Part shown: positions 32,174 through 41,959 of the stretch, in pieces
Position numbering within the stretch: the first letter of the stretch is position 1
Layout: each line of letters opens with the position of its first letter
DNA from: Myxococcota bacterium
GTDB lineage: Bacteria; Myxococcota_A; UBA796; CAJQPC01
Direction of reading: 5' to 3'
DNA length: 64,000 bases
NCBI GenBank assembly: GCA_036229005.1
Contig: JAZAMN010000052.1
Location: 192,001-256,000, forward strand
Translations under genes and position numbers: made by a program
The notes under the pieces: generated by a model
Databases searched by the model: none
Seen by the model: the letters and a program-made list of their open reading frames with translations, nothing else
Told to the model about the DNA's origin: nothing

Positions 32174-32439
32174 CAGGAGGTGGGCGCCTGGGGCTGCGCG
32201 GGCTCGGCGGGGGGCTCGGTCGGGGCCTTGGCCTCTTCCTGGGCGGGCTCGGGCTCGGCGGGGGCCTCGAGCTCTGCGTCCTCGGGGGCGACGACCTCGG
32301 CGACGACGGGGTTGGGGGCCTCGATCTTCTCCATCGCGTCTGCGAGGGACAGCCCGGCCTTGGGGGGCATGCCGCAGGCCAGCGCGGAGCTGGAGCACAG
32401 GGCGATGGCGGCGACGGTCAGGAGCTTGAGGGAACGCAT
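32173..32439 (-). CDS. Small exported/lipoprotein with a Pro/Glu-rich tail
   Basis: GGAGG RBS; signal peptide ending ALAC; TGATG overlap with the next gene. Confidence 0.75.
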   Translation of the reverse strand: MRSLKLLTVAAIALCSSSALACGMPPKAGLSLADAMEKIEAPNPVVAEVVAPEDAELEAPAEPEPAQEEAKAPTEPPAEPAQPQAPTS

Positions 32440-32523
32440 TGGAGGCCTCCGGGGTTGGCTGTTCAGGTGGACAACGATCGGGGGAGGGGGTTCCTTACAG
32501 GTTGGATCGGGGGTTTTTTGAGC

Positions 32524-32741
32524 GCGGCGACCGGCGACCGGCGACCGGGGACCGGCATGACGTGGAGCTGGGAGCGGGCGGGAGGTGGCTCTGTCCGAGG
32601 GCGGCTGGCTGGGCGGAGGAGGGCCGCCGGGCCGTTCGTGCTGGGCTCCAAAGCGTGCGTGGTTGAGCTCGCGACCGGCTGCGACGGGAGCCCGGCTCGG
32701 CGTGATGCCTGATACCCGAGCTCTGAGACCCGAGACCCGAG
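32524..32741. repeat. Heptamer-bordered intergenic element, copy 2
   Basis: GGCGACC x3 at the left; GGGAGCCCGGCTCGGCGTGATGCCTGATACCCGA closely matches the reverse complement of 19195-19227; GAGACCC units at the right. Confidence 0.8.
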
Positions 32742-32754
32742 CCCCGCCTGCGTC

Positions 32755-33159
32755 TCAGCCCTCGACATGGCACCCGACGCATGAGAAGGAGCGGTCGCCC
32801 AGCAGTTCCTTCATCTCGGGGAGCACCTGGTCGTGCATGAACTCGGCGCCGGGGCCGTCGCTGGCCTCGGGGAAGCTGCCCTCTTCCCAGTTGATGAGCT
32901 CGTCGGTGGGCATGCTGTAGTCGCCGCCGGCGCTGTGGCAGGTCTCGCAGCCAAAGTCGGCGTAGGCCTCGGCGTCGTAGGCCTGGAAGAGCTCCGCCAT
33001 CCTGGGCGTGACCGTTCCGGCCATGTAGCTGGTCTTCTCAGCGTCGCTGAGCTCGGAGAAGACGGGGCCCGCTGCGCTGTCGGTGGGCTCACCGTCTTTG
33101 CTGCATGCGCTCAGGGTCAACAGGGGAATCAGGGCCCAGGCGAGGACACCACGGCGCAT
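32755..33159 (-). CDS. Small diheme cytochrome c lipoprotein (paralog 1)
   Basis: Lipobox LSAC; CETCH and CVGCH. Confidence 0.85.
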   Translation of the reverse strand: MRRGVLAWALIPLLTLSACSKDGEPTDSAAGPVFSELSDAEKTSYMAGTVTPRMAELFQAYDAEAYADFGCETCHSAGGDYSMPTDELINWEEGSFPEASDGPGAEFMHDQVLPEMKELLGDRSFSCVGCHVEG

Positions 33160-33214
33160 GCGCAACTCCAGGTCAGAGGCCGACGATACACGACCTCTGA
33201 CCCGGCGAGCGGCC

Positions 33215-33631
33215 TCAGTTGGCGGCGGGGTGGCAGTTCAGGCAGCCGAAGCTCTCGTCGTCCAGCAGCTCCTGCATCTTGGGGACGACCTCGTTGTGCA
33301 TGAAGGCGTAGCCGTCGCCCTCGTCGGCGCCGGGGATCGCGGCGGGGTCGAAGCCGTAGAGGTCCGAGGTCGGCATGCTGTAGTCGCCGCCGTCGGTGTG
33401 GCAGGTGTTGCAGGTGAAGCTGGCGTAGGCGTCCGCGTTGTAGGCCTGGAAGAGCTCGGCCATCTGCGGGGTGACGGTGCTGGCCATGTAGGCGTTCTTC
33501 TGGTCGGCATCCATCTCGGCCCAGGTGGGCTCGGAGGCGACGGCGGAGTCCCCGGTGTCCTCGGCGTCCTTGGTGCAGGCGGCGAGTGAGAGCAGGGACA
33601 GGATCGAGAGGGCGACGAGGCGCTGGTGCAT
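33215..33631 (-). CDS. Small diheme cytochrome c lipoprotein (paralog 2)
   Basis: Lipobox LAAC; CNTCH and CLNCH; shares YMAxTVTPxMAELFQAY and GGDYSMPT with paralog 1. Confidence 0.85.
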   Translation of the reverse strand: MHQRLVALSILSLLSLAACTKDAEDTGDSAVASEPTWAEMDADQKNAYMASTVTPQMAELFQAYNADAYASFTCNTCHTDGGDYSMPTSDLYGFDPAAIPGADEGDGYAFMHNEVVPKMQELLDDESFGCLNCHPAAN

Positions 33632-33753
33632 TTGGGTCTCCATGAGTGACCGCGCCAGAGTAGTCAAGATTCTGTTCCGCAGGTGGAAAAAGCTGCTCTG
33701 GGTCTGGAACGGCCCGTCGAACGCCGCTCGCCGCTTCGGGATAGCCTTGGGGC

Positions 33754-34566
33754 ATGCGCATCATCACGCCCCCCGCCCAGGACTTCCTGCTGGAGTCCTC
33801 GCCCTGGTACCTGCCGGCCTCCGACGAGGTGCAGATCTTCGAGACCGCCCACCAAGCGCAGCTCCCGGTGCTGCTCAAGGGGCCCACGGGCTGTGGCAAG
33901 ACCCGCTTTGTGGCCCACATGGCGCACAAGCTGGGGCGCCCGCTGGTCACGGTGGCCTGCCACGAGGACCTGTCGGCGGCGGACCTGCTGGGTCGCTTCC
34001 TGATCCTGGGCGACGAGACGGTCTGGAAGGACGGGCCGCTGGTCACCGCGATGCGCCACGGCGCAATCCTCTACCTGGACGAGGTGGTGGAGGCCCGCAA
34101 GGACACGATGGTGGTCATCCACCCCCTCTCCGATGACCGCCGCGTGCTGCCCATCGACAAGCTGGGGCAGAGCCTCAAGGCGCCCCCGGAGTTCATGCTC
34201 GTGATGAGCTACAACCCCGGCTATCAGTCGGTGCTCAAGGAGCTCAAGCAGAGCACCCGCCAGCGCTTCATCAGCCTGGAGTTCGACTACCCGGCGCCGG
34301 AGATCGAGGCCCAGGTGGTGCAGAAGGAGTCCGGGGTCGACAAGACCCGCGCGGGGCACCTGATCAAGGTGGCCGAGAAGGTACGCCGCCTGACCGACCG
34401 GGGCCTGGAGGAGGGCGTCTCCACGCGCCTGCTGATCCACGCCGGGACGCTGATGGCTCGGGGCATCGAGAGCCGCCGCGCCTGCGAAGTCGCTTTCGTG
34501 CGCACCCTCACCGACGACGCGGATCTGCAGCGGTCGATCCACGAGGTCGTGCGGGACTTCTTCTAG
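33754..34566 (+). CDS. CbbQ/NirQ/NorQ-family AAA+ ATPase
   Basis: [55 protein letters not shown]. Confidence 0.95.
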   Translation: MRIITPPAQDFLLESSPWYLPASDEVQIFETAHQAQLPVLLKGPTGCGKTRFVAHMAHKLGRPLVTVACHEDLSAADLLGRFLILGDETVWKDGPLVTAMRHGAILYLDEVVEARKDTMVVIHPLSDDRRVLPIDKLGQSLKAPPEFMLVMSYNPGYQSVLKELKQSTRQRFISLEFDYPAPEIEAQVVQKESGVDKTRAGHLIKVAEKVRRLTDRGLEEGVSTRLLIHAGTLMARGIESRRACEVAFVRTLTDDADLQRSIHEVVRDFF

Positions 34567-37065
34567 GTGGACTTCATCCGCGAAGGTGGGCGCCGGGCTC
34601 GGCTCCTGGCGCGGCTTCAGTCCCTCGGCCTGCAGGCTGGGGTGGCGGCGGAGCTGCTGCGTCTGGACCGGCAGGCGCTGCGCTCGTGGTCCGAACAGGT
34701 GGGGGCGGTGCGAGCGGCTCTGGGGCCGCAGGTCGCCGAGGTGTACACCGATCTGGTCCTGCAGGGCGCTCGACACGATGTGGGGGCTCAGGTCGCCCGC
34801 GAGGTCCCCGACCATGTCGCCCGCGTGGCGGACGCGGAGCGCCTGGAGTACCTGCGCCTGCTGGGCGTGGTCCTGCGCCAGAGCCCCTCGGCGGTGGGGC
34901 TTGTGGCCCGGGCGCTGCCGCAGCTCATGGAGCGCCTGGAGGGGCCGGCCCTGGGCCGCTTCATCGAGTCCGGACTGACCATGCACGACCTGGACGCGGG
35001 GCGCGCCGAGGTCTTCCTGCGGGGCGAGTCCAAGGCCAGCCAGCAGGAGCTCTCGCGGCTGGAGACCGGGCTGGCGCTGAGCGAGGTGAGCCGCACCCTG
35101 GCGCTCTACGCCCGCGCCCACTGCGGGGAGGACGTGCAGATCAAGGCGGTGCCCGGCCGCCAGGGCCGCCAGGCGTGGTCCGAGGGCCGGCACCTGCACC
35201 TGCCCGAGCGCGTTGACCGCTACGGGGACGAGCGGGACTTCACCGTGTACCGGGTCATGGCCGCCCGCACGGCGGCCACGCTGGAGTTCGGGAGCTTCGA
35301 GCTCAAGCTGCGGGAGGTCCCTGGCCAGTGGGTGGAGCCCTTCGAGGGCGAGAGCGAGCTGGAGCGGCTCTATCGCAGCTTCCCCAACCGCTCGCTGGCG
35401 CGGGATCTCTTCCAGATCTGCGAGGACTGGCGCCTGGAGCGCTGCATGGTGGCCGAGTACCCGGGCCTGCAGCGGGACCTGGACACCTTGCGCCCAGAGG
35501 AGCTGGCGGAGCGGCCCCCGGCACACTCGCTCCCACCGGTGCAAGCCGTGGTCGAGGGGCTGCTGCAGAAGAGCATGGGGCGGGTCGAGGCCCTGGAGGA
35601 TGCGGCCCTGGAGGCCGAAGTACAGGCCCTCTGGGCGCGTGTGGAAACGCTGACCCATTCCTCGACGGTGGAGGACAGCGCTGGGTTGCTCGCGGGGTTG
35701 TATGCCCAGGCGGAGGGCCACCTGCGTAAGGTCGCCGACGAGCCACCTCCCCAGGAAAGAGAGCGCAAGAAGGGGGGCAAGCGTCCGCAGCGGCCCAGCC
35801 CTGACGACGCGCCCGGAGAGTCTCAGGCGCAGATGGCCTACAAGGGACTTGATCCCAAGGGGATGGGCGCGGCGCTGCGGCCCGAGGCGCTGGGAGACGA
35901 GGAGCGCTGGGAGGACGCGCAGGCCCGGGAGCTGCAGGAGCAGATGTCCGAGGAGGGGCTGGAGGCCAGCCTGCGGGAGATCCGCCGGGCGATGCGGCAG
36001 GAGCTGGGGGCGGATGAGCGCAGCTATGAGGAGATGGTGGCCTGGCTGGAGCGGCACCCCCCACCCGAGGGCGGGCTGGTCGAGCAGGGTCGGGAGCGGC
36101 CGCCGGTGGAGCGCGAGGCCCGGCATGGTGGGCTGCCTCTGGATCCTGACGCAGACCCCCGCGCCAAGAGCACGCTTCAGCCCGAGTGGGACGAGAAGCT
36201 GGGCGACTACAAGCCCGCCTGGGTCAAGGTCAAGGAGCACCGCCTGGAGCCCGGAAGCGGGGAGTTCGTGCAGGCCGTGCTGGACGAGTATGGGGCCCAG
36301 ATCTGCCTGCTGCGGCGGCGCTTCTCGGCGCTGCGTCCCGAGCAGATGCGGCGGGTTCGCGGGGTGACGGATGGGGAGGAGCTGGACTTCGACCGGGTGA
36401 TCGAAGCGCGGGTTGAGCGGCGGGCCGGCGTGACCCCCAGTGACCGGATCTACAGCCGCCAGGTGCGCAAGCAGCGGGACGTGGCGGTGGCGTTCGTGGT
36501 GGACCTGAGCAGCTCCACGAACGAGGTCGCGGGGATGGCTGGAAAGCGCATCATCCAGGTCGAGAAGGAGGCCCTGGTGATGATCGCCGAGGCGGTCGAC
36601 GCCATCGGGGACGCCTGTGGGATCTACGGCTTCTCCGGCTACGGGCGGGACCATGTGGCGTTCTACGTGGCCAAGGACTTCTCGGACCCCTACGACGACG
36701 CGGCCCGGCGGCGCATCGGCCGCATGACCCACAAGATGGAGAACCGCGACGGGGCGGCGATCCGCTACGCGACCTCCAAGCTGCTGGCCCAGCCCGCCAC
36801 CACGCGCCTGCTGGTGCTGCTCTCCGACGGCCGGCCCCTGGACTGTGGCTGCGAGCGCTACTTTGACGCCTACGCCCAGGCCGACACCAAGGTCGCGCTG
36901 CGGGAGGCCCGTCAGAAGGGCGTGCACCCCTTCTGCATAACGGTGGACCCGCGGGCGCGCAGCTATCTGGAGCAGATGTACGGCGAGGTCGGCTACGTCG
37001 TGATCGAGGACGCCGAGACCCTGCCGCGCAGATTGCCCGCGATCTACCGCCGCCTGACGCGTTAG
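34567..37065 (+). CDS. NorD/CbbO-like VWA-domain adaptor
   Basis: PEWD, DGEELDFD, DLSSST (MIDAS), RDGAAIR, LLSDGRP, PFCITVD. Confidence 0.9.
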   Translation: MDFIREGGRRARLLARLQSLGLQAGVAAELLRLDRQALRSWSEQVGAVRAALGPQVAEVYTDLVLQGARHDVGAQVAREVPDHVARVADAERLEYLRLLGVVLRQSPSAVGLVARALPQLMERLEGPALGRFIESGLTMHDLDAGRAEVFLRGESKASQQELSRLETGLALSEVSRTLALYARAHCGEDVQIKAVPGRQGRQAWSEGRHLHLPERVDRYGDERDFTVYRVMAARTAATLEFGSFELKLREVPGQWVEPFEGESELERLYRSFPNRSLARDLFQICEDWRLERCMVAEYPGLQRDLDTLRPEELAERPPAHSLPPVQAVVEGLLQKSMGRVEALEDAALEAEVQALWARVETLTHSSTVEDSAGLLAGLYAQAEGHLRKVADEPPPQERERKKGGKRPQRPSPDDAPGESQAQMAYKGLDPKGMGAALRPEALGDEERWEDAQARELQEQMSEEGLEASLREIRRAMRQELGADERSYEEMVAWLERHPPPEGGLVEQGRERPPVEREARHGGLPLDPDADPRAKSTLQPEWDEKLGDYKPAWVKVKEHRLEPGSGEFVQAVLDEYGAQICLLRRRFSALRPEQMRRVRGVTDGEELDFDRVIEARVERRAGVTPSDRIYSRQVRKQRDVAVAFVVDLSSSTNEVAGMAGKRIIQVEKEALVMIAEAVDAIGDACGIYGFSGYGRDHVAFYVAKDFSDPYDDAARRRIGRMTHKMENRDGAAIRYATSKLLAQPATTRLLVLLSDGRPLDCGCERYFDAYAQADTKVALREARQKGVHPFCITVDPRARSYLEQMYGEVGYVVIEDAETLPRRLPAIYRRLTR

Positions 37066-37213
37066 GACGGCGCCCGACAGCGAGCGGGTCTCCATGGGCA
37101 GCAAGCCGAGAAAGTGGGTCAAGCCCCAGGTGGACTGGGACGCCGACGACCACGGCTGGGACCAGTGGCCGCCCGCTCAACAGCAGCCCGATCCCCCCTG
37201 GCCAGGAGAGGAC

Positions 37214-39766
37214 ATGGATTCAAGCGCGTGGGTGGTCCTCAAGTTCGGAGGCACCAGCATGAGCGGTGGCTCGCAGGTCATCGCGGAGCAGCTTCGGCTG
37301 TGCCTGTCGCGGGGGGAGCGTCCGCTGGTGGTGTGCTCGGCGCTGTCGGGGGTGACCTCGGCGATCGAGACCCTGCTGCAGGAGGCCGTGGACGGCGAGG
37401 GGCAGGGGACCTTGGACTGGATCCGGCAGCGGCACCAGGACCACGCGGTGTCGCTGGGGGTGGACTTGGACGAGCGCGCCCAGACCTTCCTGGATGACCT
37501 GGAGCGCTTCGCCCAGGGCGTCGGTCTGCTGGGGGAGGTCTCGCCCCGCCTGCGCGCCCGGGCGCTGTCCGCCGGAGAGCTGCTCTCCACGCGGCTGCTG
37601 TTGGCCTTCCTGGAGGGGGCTGGCCTGGATGTGGAGTGGAGGGACGCTCGGGAGCTTCTCCGCGCTCGGGACACACCGCTCGGGGATCGGCGGCACCTGA
37701 GCGCCCACGTCGATTGGGAGCGCGACGAGGTGCTCGCGTCCACGCCCGGCCAGAGCGTGCTGATCACCCAGGGGTTCATCGCCTCGGACATCGAGGGGGA
37801 CACCGTGCTGCTGGGGCGCGGGGGCTCGGACACCTCGGCGGCCATCTTCGCGGCCAAGGTGGGGGCGGAGCGCCTGGAGATCTGGACCGATGTGCCGGGC
37901 ATGTTCACGGCCAACCCTCGGGACATCCCGGAGGCCAGGCTCCTCAAGCGTCTGGACTACGACGAGGCCCAGGAGCTCGCGACCACGGGCGCGAAGGTGC
38001 TGCATCCGCGCTGCATCGCGCCGCTGCGGGAGCAGGAGATCCCGCTGATCATCCGCTGCACGCCGCACCCTGAGTGGGAGAGCACCCAGGTCTCCCCCAA
38101 GGTCCAGGCCGGCGCCCCCCAGGTCAAGGCGGTCTCCGCCCGCAAGGGGATCACGGTGATCTCCATGGAGACCCTGGGCATGTGGCAGCAGGTGGGCTTT
38201 CTGGCCGACGCCTTCGCCATCTTCAAGCGCCACGACGTGAGCATCGATCTGGTCACCACCAGCGAGGCCAGCGTCTCCGTGACCCTGGACGCCGCCGCGA
38301 ACACCCTGGCCGCGGGCACCCTGGAGCGCCTGCTGGAGGATCTGGGCCAGGTCTGTTCGCCGACGATGATCCAGGGGGCCGCGCAGGTCAGCCTGGTGGG
38401 TCGCCGCATCCGGGCCATCCTGCACAAGCTGGGCCCGGTGCTGGAGCGCTTCGAGGACAAGGCCGTGCACCTGATGAGTCAGGCGGCCAGCGACCTGAAC
38501 CTGAGCTTCGTGGTGCCGGAGGAGCAGGCCGACGCCCTGGTCGGCAGCCTGCACAAGCGGCTCTTTGGTCGGGCGCACGCGGACGATGTGTTCGGGCCGA
38601 GCTGGGCCGAGTTGTCCTCGACTGCGGAGCCTGGCCTGCCGCCTGTGTGGTGGGCCCGCAAGCGTGAGGCGGTGATCCAGGCCGCTGCGGGGGGCACGCC
38701 GCTCTACCTCTACGACGGGGAGACCCTGGATCGGCAGGTGACGGCCTTGCGTTCGCTGCCGCTGGACCGGGCTCTGTTCGCGATGAAGGCCAACCCCCAC
38801 CCCGGGATCCTTCGCCGCTTCTTTGAGGCTGGGCTGAGCTTCGAGTGTGTCTCGCCCGGGGAGCTTCGGCGCCTGCGGGAGCTCTTTGGCGCGGGCGTCG
38901 ATGGGCGGATGCTCTACACGCCGAACTTCGCGCCGCGGGAGGACTACGAGGCGGGCTTCGCGTTGGGCGCCCAGGTCACCTTGGACTCCGTGGCGCCGCT
39001 GCGGCAGTGGCCGGAGCTGTTCGCGGGCAAGGAGATCTTTGTGCGCCTGGACCCGGGTCGCGGCGATGGGCACCACCGCTTTGTCGTGACCGCGGGGGCG
39101 CAGTCCAAGTTCGGTGTGCCTCCTGCGGAGCTCTCGGAGCTCAAGCGCCTGGTCGAGGAGGTGGGTGCTCGTGTGGTGGGCCTCCACGCGCATGCGGGCT
39201 CGGGTATCCACGACGTGAGCGCGTGGCGGGACAAGGCCAGCTTCCTGGCGGAGATGGCCCAGCAGTTCGGGACCGTGCGCGTGCTGGACCTGGGCGGTGG
39301 CCTGGGCGTTCCGGAGCGCGCGGGTGCCCCGGGGCTGGATCTGGAGGCAATGGCCCAGGTGCTGGCGCAGGTCAAGCGGGCCCACCCCCAGTTCGAGATC
39401 TGGATGGAGCCTGGGCGCTTCCTGGTGGCCGAGGCGGGGGCGCTGCTCGCGCGGGTCACCCAGGTCAAGGACAAGGGCCAGCGCTTGTATGTGGGCGTGG
39501 ATGCCGGCATGCACACCCTCATTCGGCCGGCGCTCTATGGGGCGTGGCATGAGATCGTGAACCTGAGCCGCTTGGAGGAGCCGGGCGCCATCACCGCCGA
39601 GGTCGTGGGCCCCATCTGCGAGAGCGGGGACGTGCTGGGAGCAGGCCGCCGCTTGCCGCATACCGAGCATGGCGACTTGCTGCTGATCGGGAACGCGGGG
39701 GCCTATGGGGCGGCGATGAGCTCGGACTACAACCTGCGGGAGCGGGCGCGGGAGGAGGTGCTCTGA
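37214..39766 (+). CDS. lysC-lysA: Bifunctional aspartate kinase / diaminopimelate decarboxylase
   Basis: VLKFGGTS, LGRGGSDTSA, ACT domains; FAMKAN, HAHAGSG, EPGRFL, VGPICESGD; AGGAG RBS. Confidence 0.95.
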   Translation: MDSSAWVVLKFGGTSMSGGSQVIAEQLRLCLSRGERPLVVCSALSGVTSAIETLLQEAVDGEGQGTLDWIRQRHQDHAVSLGVDLDERAQTFLDDLERFAQGVGLLGEVSPRLRARALSAGELLSTRLLLAFLEGAGLDVEWRDARELLRARDTPLGDRRHLSAHVDWERDEVLASTPGQSVLITQGFIASDIEGDTVLLGRGGSDTSAAIFAAKVGAERLEIWTDVPGMFTANPRDIPEARLLKRLDYDEAQELATTGAKVLHPRCIAPLREQEIPLIIRCTPHPEWESTQVSPKVQAGAPQVKAVSARKGITVISMETLGMWQQVGFLADAFAIFKRHDVSIDLVTTSEASVSVTLDAAANTLAAGTLERLLEDLGQVCSPTMIQGAAQVSLVGRRIRAILHKLGPVLERFEDKAVHLMSQAASDLNLSFVVPEEQADALVGSLHKRLFGRAHADDVFGPSWAELSSTAEPGLPPVWWARKREAVIQAAAGGTPLYLYDGETLDRQVTALRSLPLDRALFAMKANPHPGILRRFFEAGLSFECVSPGELRRLRELFGAGVDGRMLYTPNFAPREDYEAGFALGAQVTLDSVAPLRQWPELFAGKEIFVRLDPGRGDGHHRFVVTAGAQSKFGVPPAELSELKRLVEEVGARVVGLHAHAGSGIHDVSAWRDKASFLAEMAQQFGTVRVLDLGGGLGVPERAGAPGLDLEAMAQVLAQVKRAHPQFEIWMEPGRFLVAEAGALLARVTQVKDKGQRLYVGVDAGMHTLIRPALYGAWHEIVNLSRLEEPGAITAEVVGPICESGDVLGAGRRLPHTEHGDLLLIGNAGAYGAAMSSDYNLRERAREEVL

Positions 39767-39767
39767 G

Positions 39768-39895
39768 GCGGGGGGGGATCAGGGATCGGGTATCGGGTAT
39801 CTGGGGCCCGGTGTCGGGGCGGCGGCGACTGGCGACTGGCGACCGGCATCACGTTGGGGCGACTGCGGGGGCCGGGGCTCTGGCCGAGGGAGGGC
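39768..39895. repeat. Heptamer-bordered intergenic element, copy 3 (partial)
   Basis: GGGATC/GGGTATC units, then GCGGCGACTGGCGACTGGCGACCGGCATCACG, as in copies 1 and 2. Confidence 0.75.
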
Positions 39896-39947
39896 AGCAC
39901 GCTGAGGTGGGTGGGGGAGCCCGGTGCGTTGTCGCGCTTCGGAAGAA

Positions 39948-40210
39948 GGTGGCTACGGGCCCTGAGTGAGCGGGACCCGGTGGCTACGGGCTCTGAGTGA
40001 GCGGGACCCGGTGGCTACGGGCTCTGAGTGAGCACCTTTCTGAGGCTACGGCCCACCGGTGAGCGCTGTTGGCCGTTCGATGGCCGTAAGAAGGTCCGTA
40101 AACACAGAATTTCGAGCCACCTGGGGCCTGAGGGCGCCAGATCGGTGGCTGTTTCGCTCACCGGTCAGGCGTAGCCTCGGAGGAGCGCTCACTCGCGATG
40201 CGTAGCCTCC
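39948..40210. repeat. 31-bp-period inverted array A (4 forward + 2 reverse units)
   Basis: GGCTACG at 39951/39982/40013/40044, each followed by N8-GTGAGC; inverse CGCTCAC-N8-CGTAGCC at 40155 and 40186. Confidence 0.88.
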
Positions 40211-40363
40211 GACCTGGCACCCGAGGCCAGGAGGAGTGCCTGGCAGAGGGTCCGACTTTGGGGCGAGGACACCTGGATGGCCTCTCGAGGTCGAGCCTGG
40301 AAGCGCGGGCCCCGGCTCGGCCGGGGCTAGGGGGGCGAGCCCCCCATACAGCCACCTACCATC

Positions 40364-41776
40364 TCACCCGGGGGAGAACAGGAAGGGGTAGGAGACGATG
40401 ACGATCCCGTCGCCCTTGGGCTGGGGGAACTGCAGCTTCATCATGGTGTTGTTCAGGCAGCTCTCGACCGCCGAGTTGCCCACGGAGCTGGCCTTGGTCT
40501 TGGACGCGCTCACCGAGCCGTCCTTGGCGATGGTGAACTTCACCGTGACCTTGCCCCCCAGGCTGGGGTCCTTGGTCAGCTCGCGCTGGTAGCAGTAGCG
40601 GAAGCGGCTCAGGTTCCGGCGGATCACCGCGTCCACCTGCGAGCGGTCCAGGCTCCCCAGGATGATGGTCTCCCGGCTGGTCGGGAGCTGGGCGGTCCCG
40701 CGCGGCCCGATGTCACCGCCGCCGTCGTAGTCCCGGCTGCCCGTTCCAGGGCCGTCCGTGCCCGTGCCGAAGTTCCAGTCCGCCGTGCCGCCGCCACCAG
40801 GCCCCCGGCCGGTCAGCCCCAGGCCCGTGCCGATCTGGACGCCCTTGGGGCCCGCGCTGCGCCCGATGGCGTTGCCCAGGCCGCTGTCCAGGGCGTTGTT
40901 CCCCAGGATGGAGGACACGCCGCTGTCCTGCATCGCCCCAAAGAGCCCCGCCTCGTTGGCGATGCGCTGGTCGCGGTTGCGGCCCGCCACCGGGTTGCCC
41001 GAGGCCCGGTCCAGGTTCCCGTTCTCCTTGCCGAGCTTGCCCTCCTTGCGCTTGAAGCGCTCGCCGGCCTTCTCGCTGGGGGGCTTCACGTCCTCGATGA
41101 AGGACTTCACCTTCTCAGGGGGCGGGGTCAGGAACACCTCGGCGACCTGCTCGGGAACCTCGTTGACCTGCAGTCCGGCCTCGGGCGGCGCGGTCCAGGC
41201 CAGGATGCCGACCATCGCGGCCATGAAGGCAGTGAACACCGTCGCCCCGATGAAGGGCAGGTCCGCCTGCTTCTTGCCGACCACCTTGGCCGCCGCGTTC
41301 ACCAGGCGGATGACGTAGGCAAAGTCACCAACACACACGACGAGCTGCTCACCAGGGCGCAGCTCCAGCTCGCGGGTACCGCCCAGGTCCAGCGCGCGCT
41401 CAGCCAAGGGCAGGGGACCCTCAGCGCCACGCAGCACTGCGTGCCAGTCGCTGATCAACGCCACGGTGACCTCGCCGGCGGGGGAGATCGATACCAGGGT
41501 GTGGGCTTCATCGAGGCCAGGGAGGGGTTCCAGGGTGTCCCCAATCACCAGGGCCCCCTCCTTCTGCTCCAGGTGGCGCACGCTGAGCAGGGTGTCTCCC
41601 CACAGTCGAGCGATCTCGACGCGCTGCGCGGCTTTGATGTCCTCACCGAGGGTGCCCCTGGGGGCGCCAGAGTCGGTGAGCTGAGCCATGGGGTCCGCGG
41701 CCTGGAGCAGCTCGGCCTGGAAGGGGCTCGGGATGAAGGCAGAGGAATCCTCTGCGCGGGGGTTGCGCTTGGTCAC
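40364..41776 (-). CDS. AgmX/PglI (GltG-like) membrane protein with TonB-C-type C-terminal domain
   Basis: LWGDTLL N-domain, TM helix, Gly-rich linker, GSLDRSQVDAVIRRN..RYCYQREL..GKVTVKFTI..VSYPFLF; start uncertain (GTG 41776). Confidence 0.88.
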   Translation of the reverse strand: MTKRNPRAEDSSAFIPSPFQAELLQAADPMAQLTDSGAPRGTLGEDIKAAQRVEIARLWGDTLLSVRHLEQKEGALVIGDTLEPLPGLDEAHTLVSISPAGEVTVALISDWHAVLRGAEGPLPLAERALDLGGTRELELRPGEQLVVCVGDFAYVIRLVNAAAKVVGKKQADLPFIGATVFTAFMAAMVGILAWTAPPEAGLQVNEVPEQVAEVFLTPPPEKVKSFIEDVKPPSEKAGERFKRKEGKLGKENGNLDRASGNPVAGRNRDQRIANEAGLFGAMQDSGVSSILGNNALDSGLGNAIGRSAGPKGVQIGTGLGLTGRGPGGGGTADWNFGTGTDGPGTGSRDYDGGGDIGPRGTAQLPTSRETIILGSLDRSQVDAVIRRNLSRFRYCYQRELTKDPSLGGKVTVKFTIAKDGSVSASKTKASSVGNSAVESCLNNTMMKLQFPQPKGDGIVIVSYPFLFSPG

Positions 41777-41876
41777 ATCACACCTCGTCGGGAGTGGGAG
41801 GGTCTCGGGGCCGGCGGGGATTTCCCTCGGCGCTGATGTGGCAGACCGCTTGGGCCGGAGGGGGTTCGTCAAAGGC

Positions 41877-41896
41877 GGCTTGACGGGTGTCAAGCC
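41877..41896. promoter_or_regulatory. Palindromic operator, CRP/FNR-box-like
   Basis: GGCTTGAC-GGGT-GTCAAGCC, ~100 nt upstream of the GltG-like gene. Confidence 0.5.
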
Positions 41897-41959
41897 TTCC
41901 TTTTCGACTTTGTTGGAACCGCTCGGCGCCAGCGAGGACAGGCTGGGCGCTCTTGTGAG

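Noticed and set aside
33664..37122. Very long antisense ORFs (also 13-1056, 3262-5703, 15229-17967, 42425-45619, 61707-63392)
   Set aside because: They are shadows of high-GC genes on the opposite strand, with no motifs of their own.
37094..37213. 40-aa N-terminal extension or leader peptide of LysC-LysA
   Set aside because: A strong AGGAG precedes ATG 37214 at the start of the kinase domain, and there is no attenuator-like codon run.
37214..39766. lysC-lysA fusion as a novelty
   Set aside because: This bifunctional enzyme is already known, for example in Xanthomonadales and Legionella.
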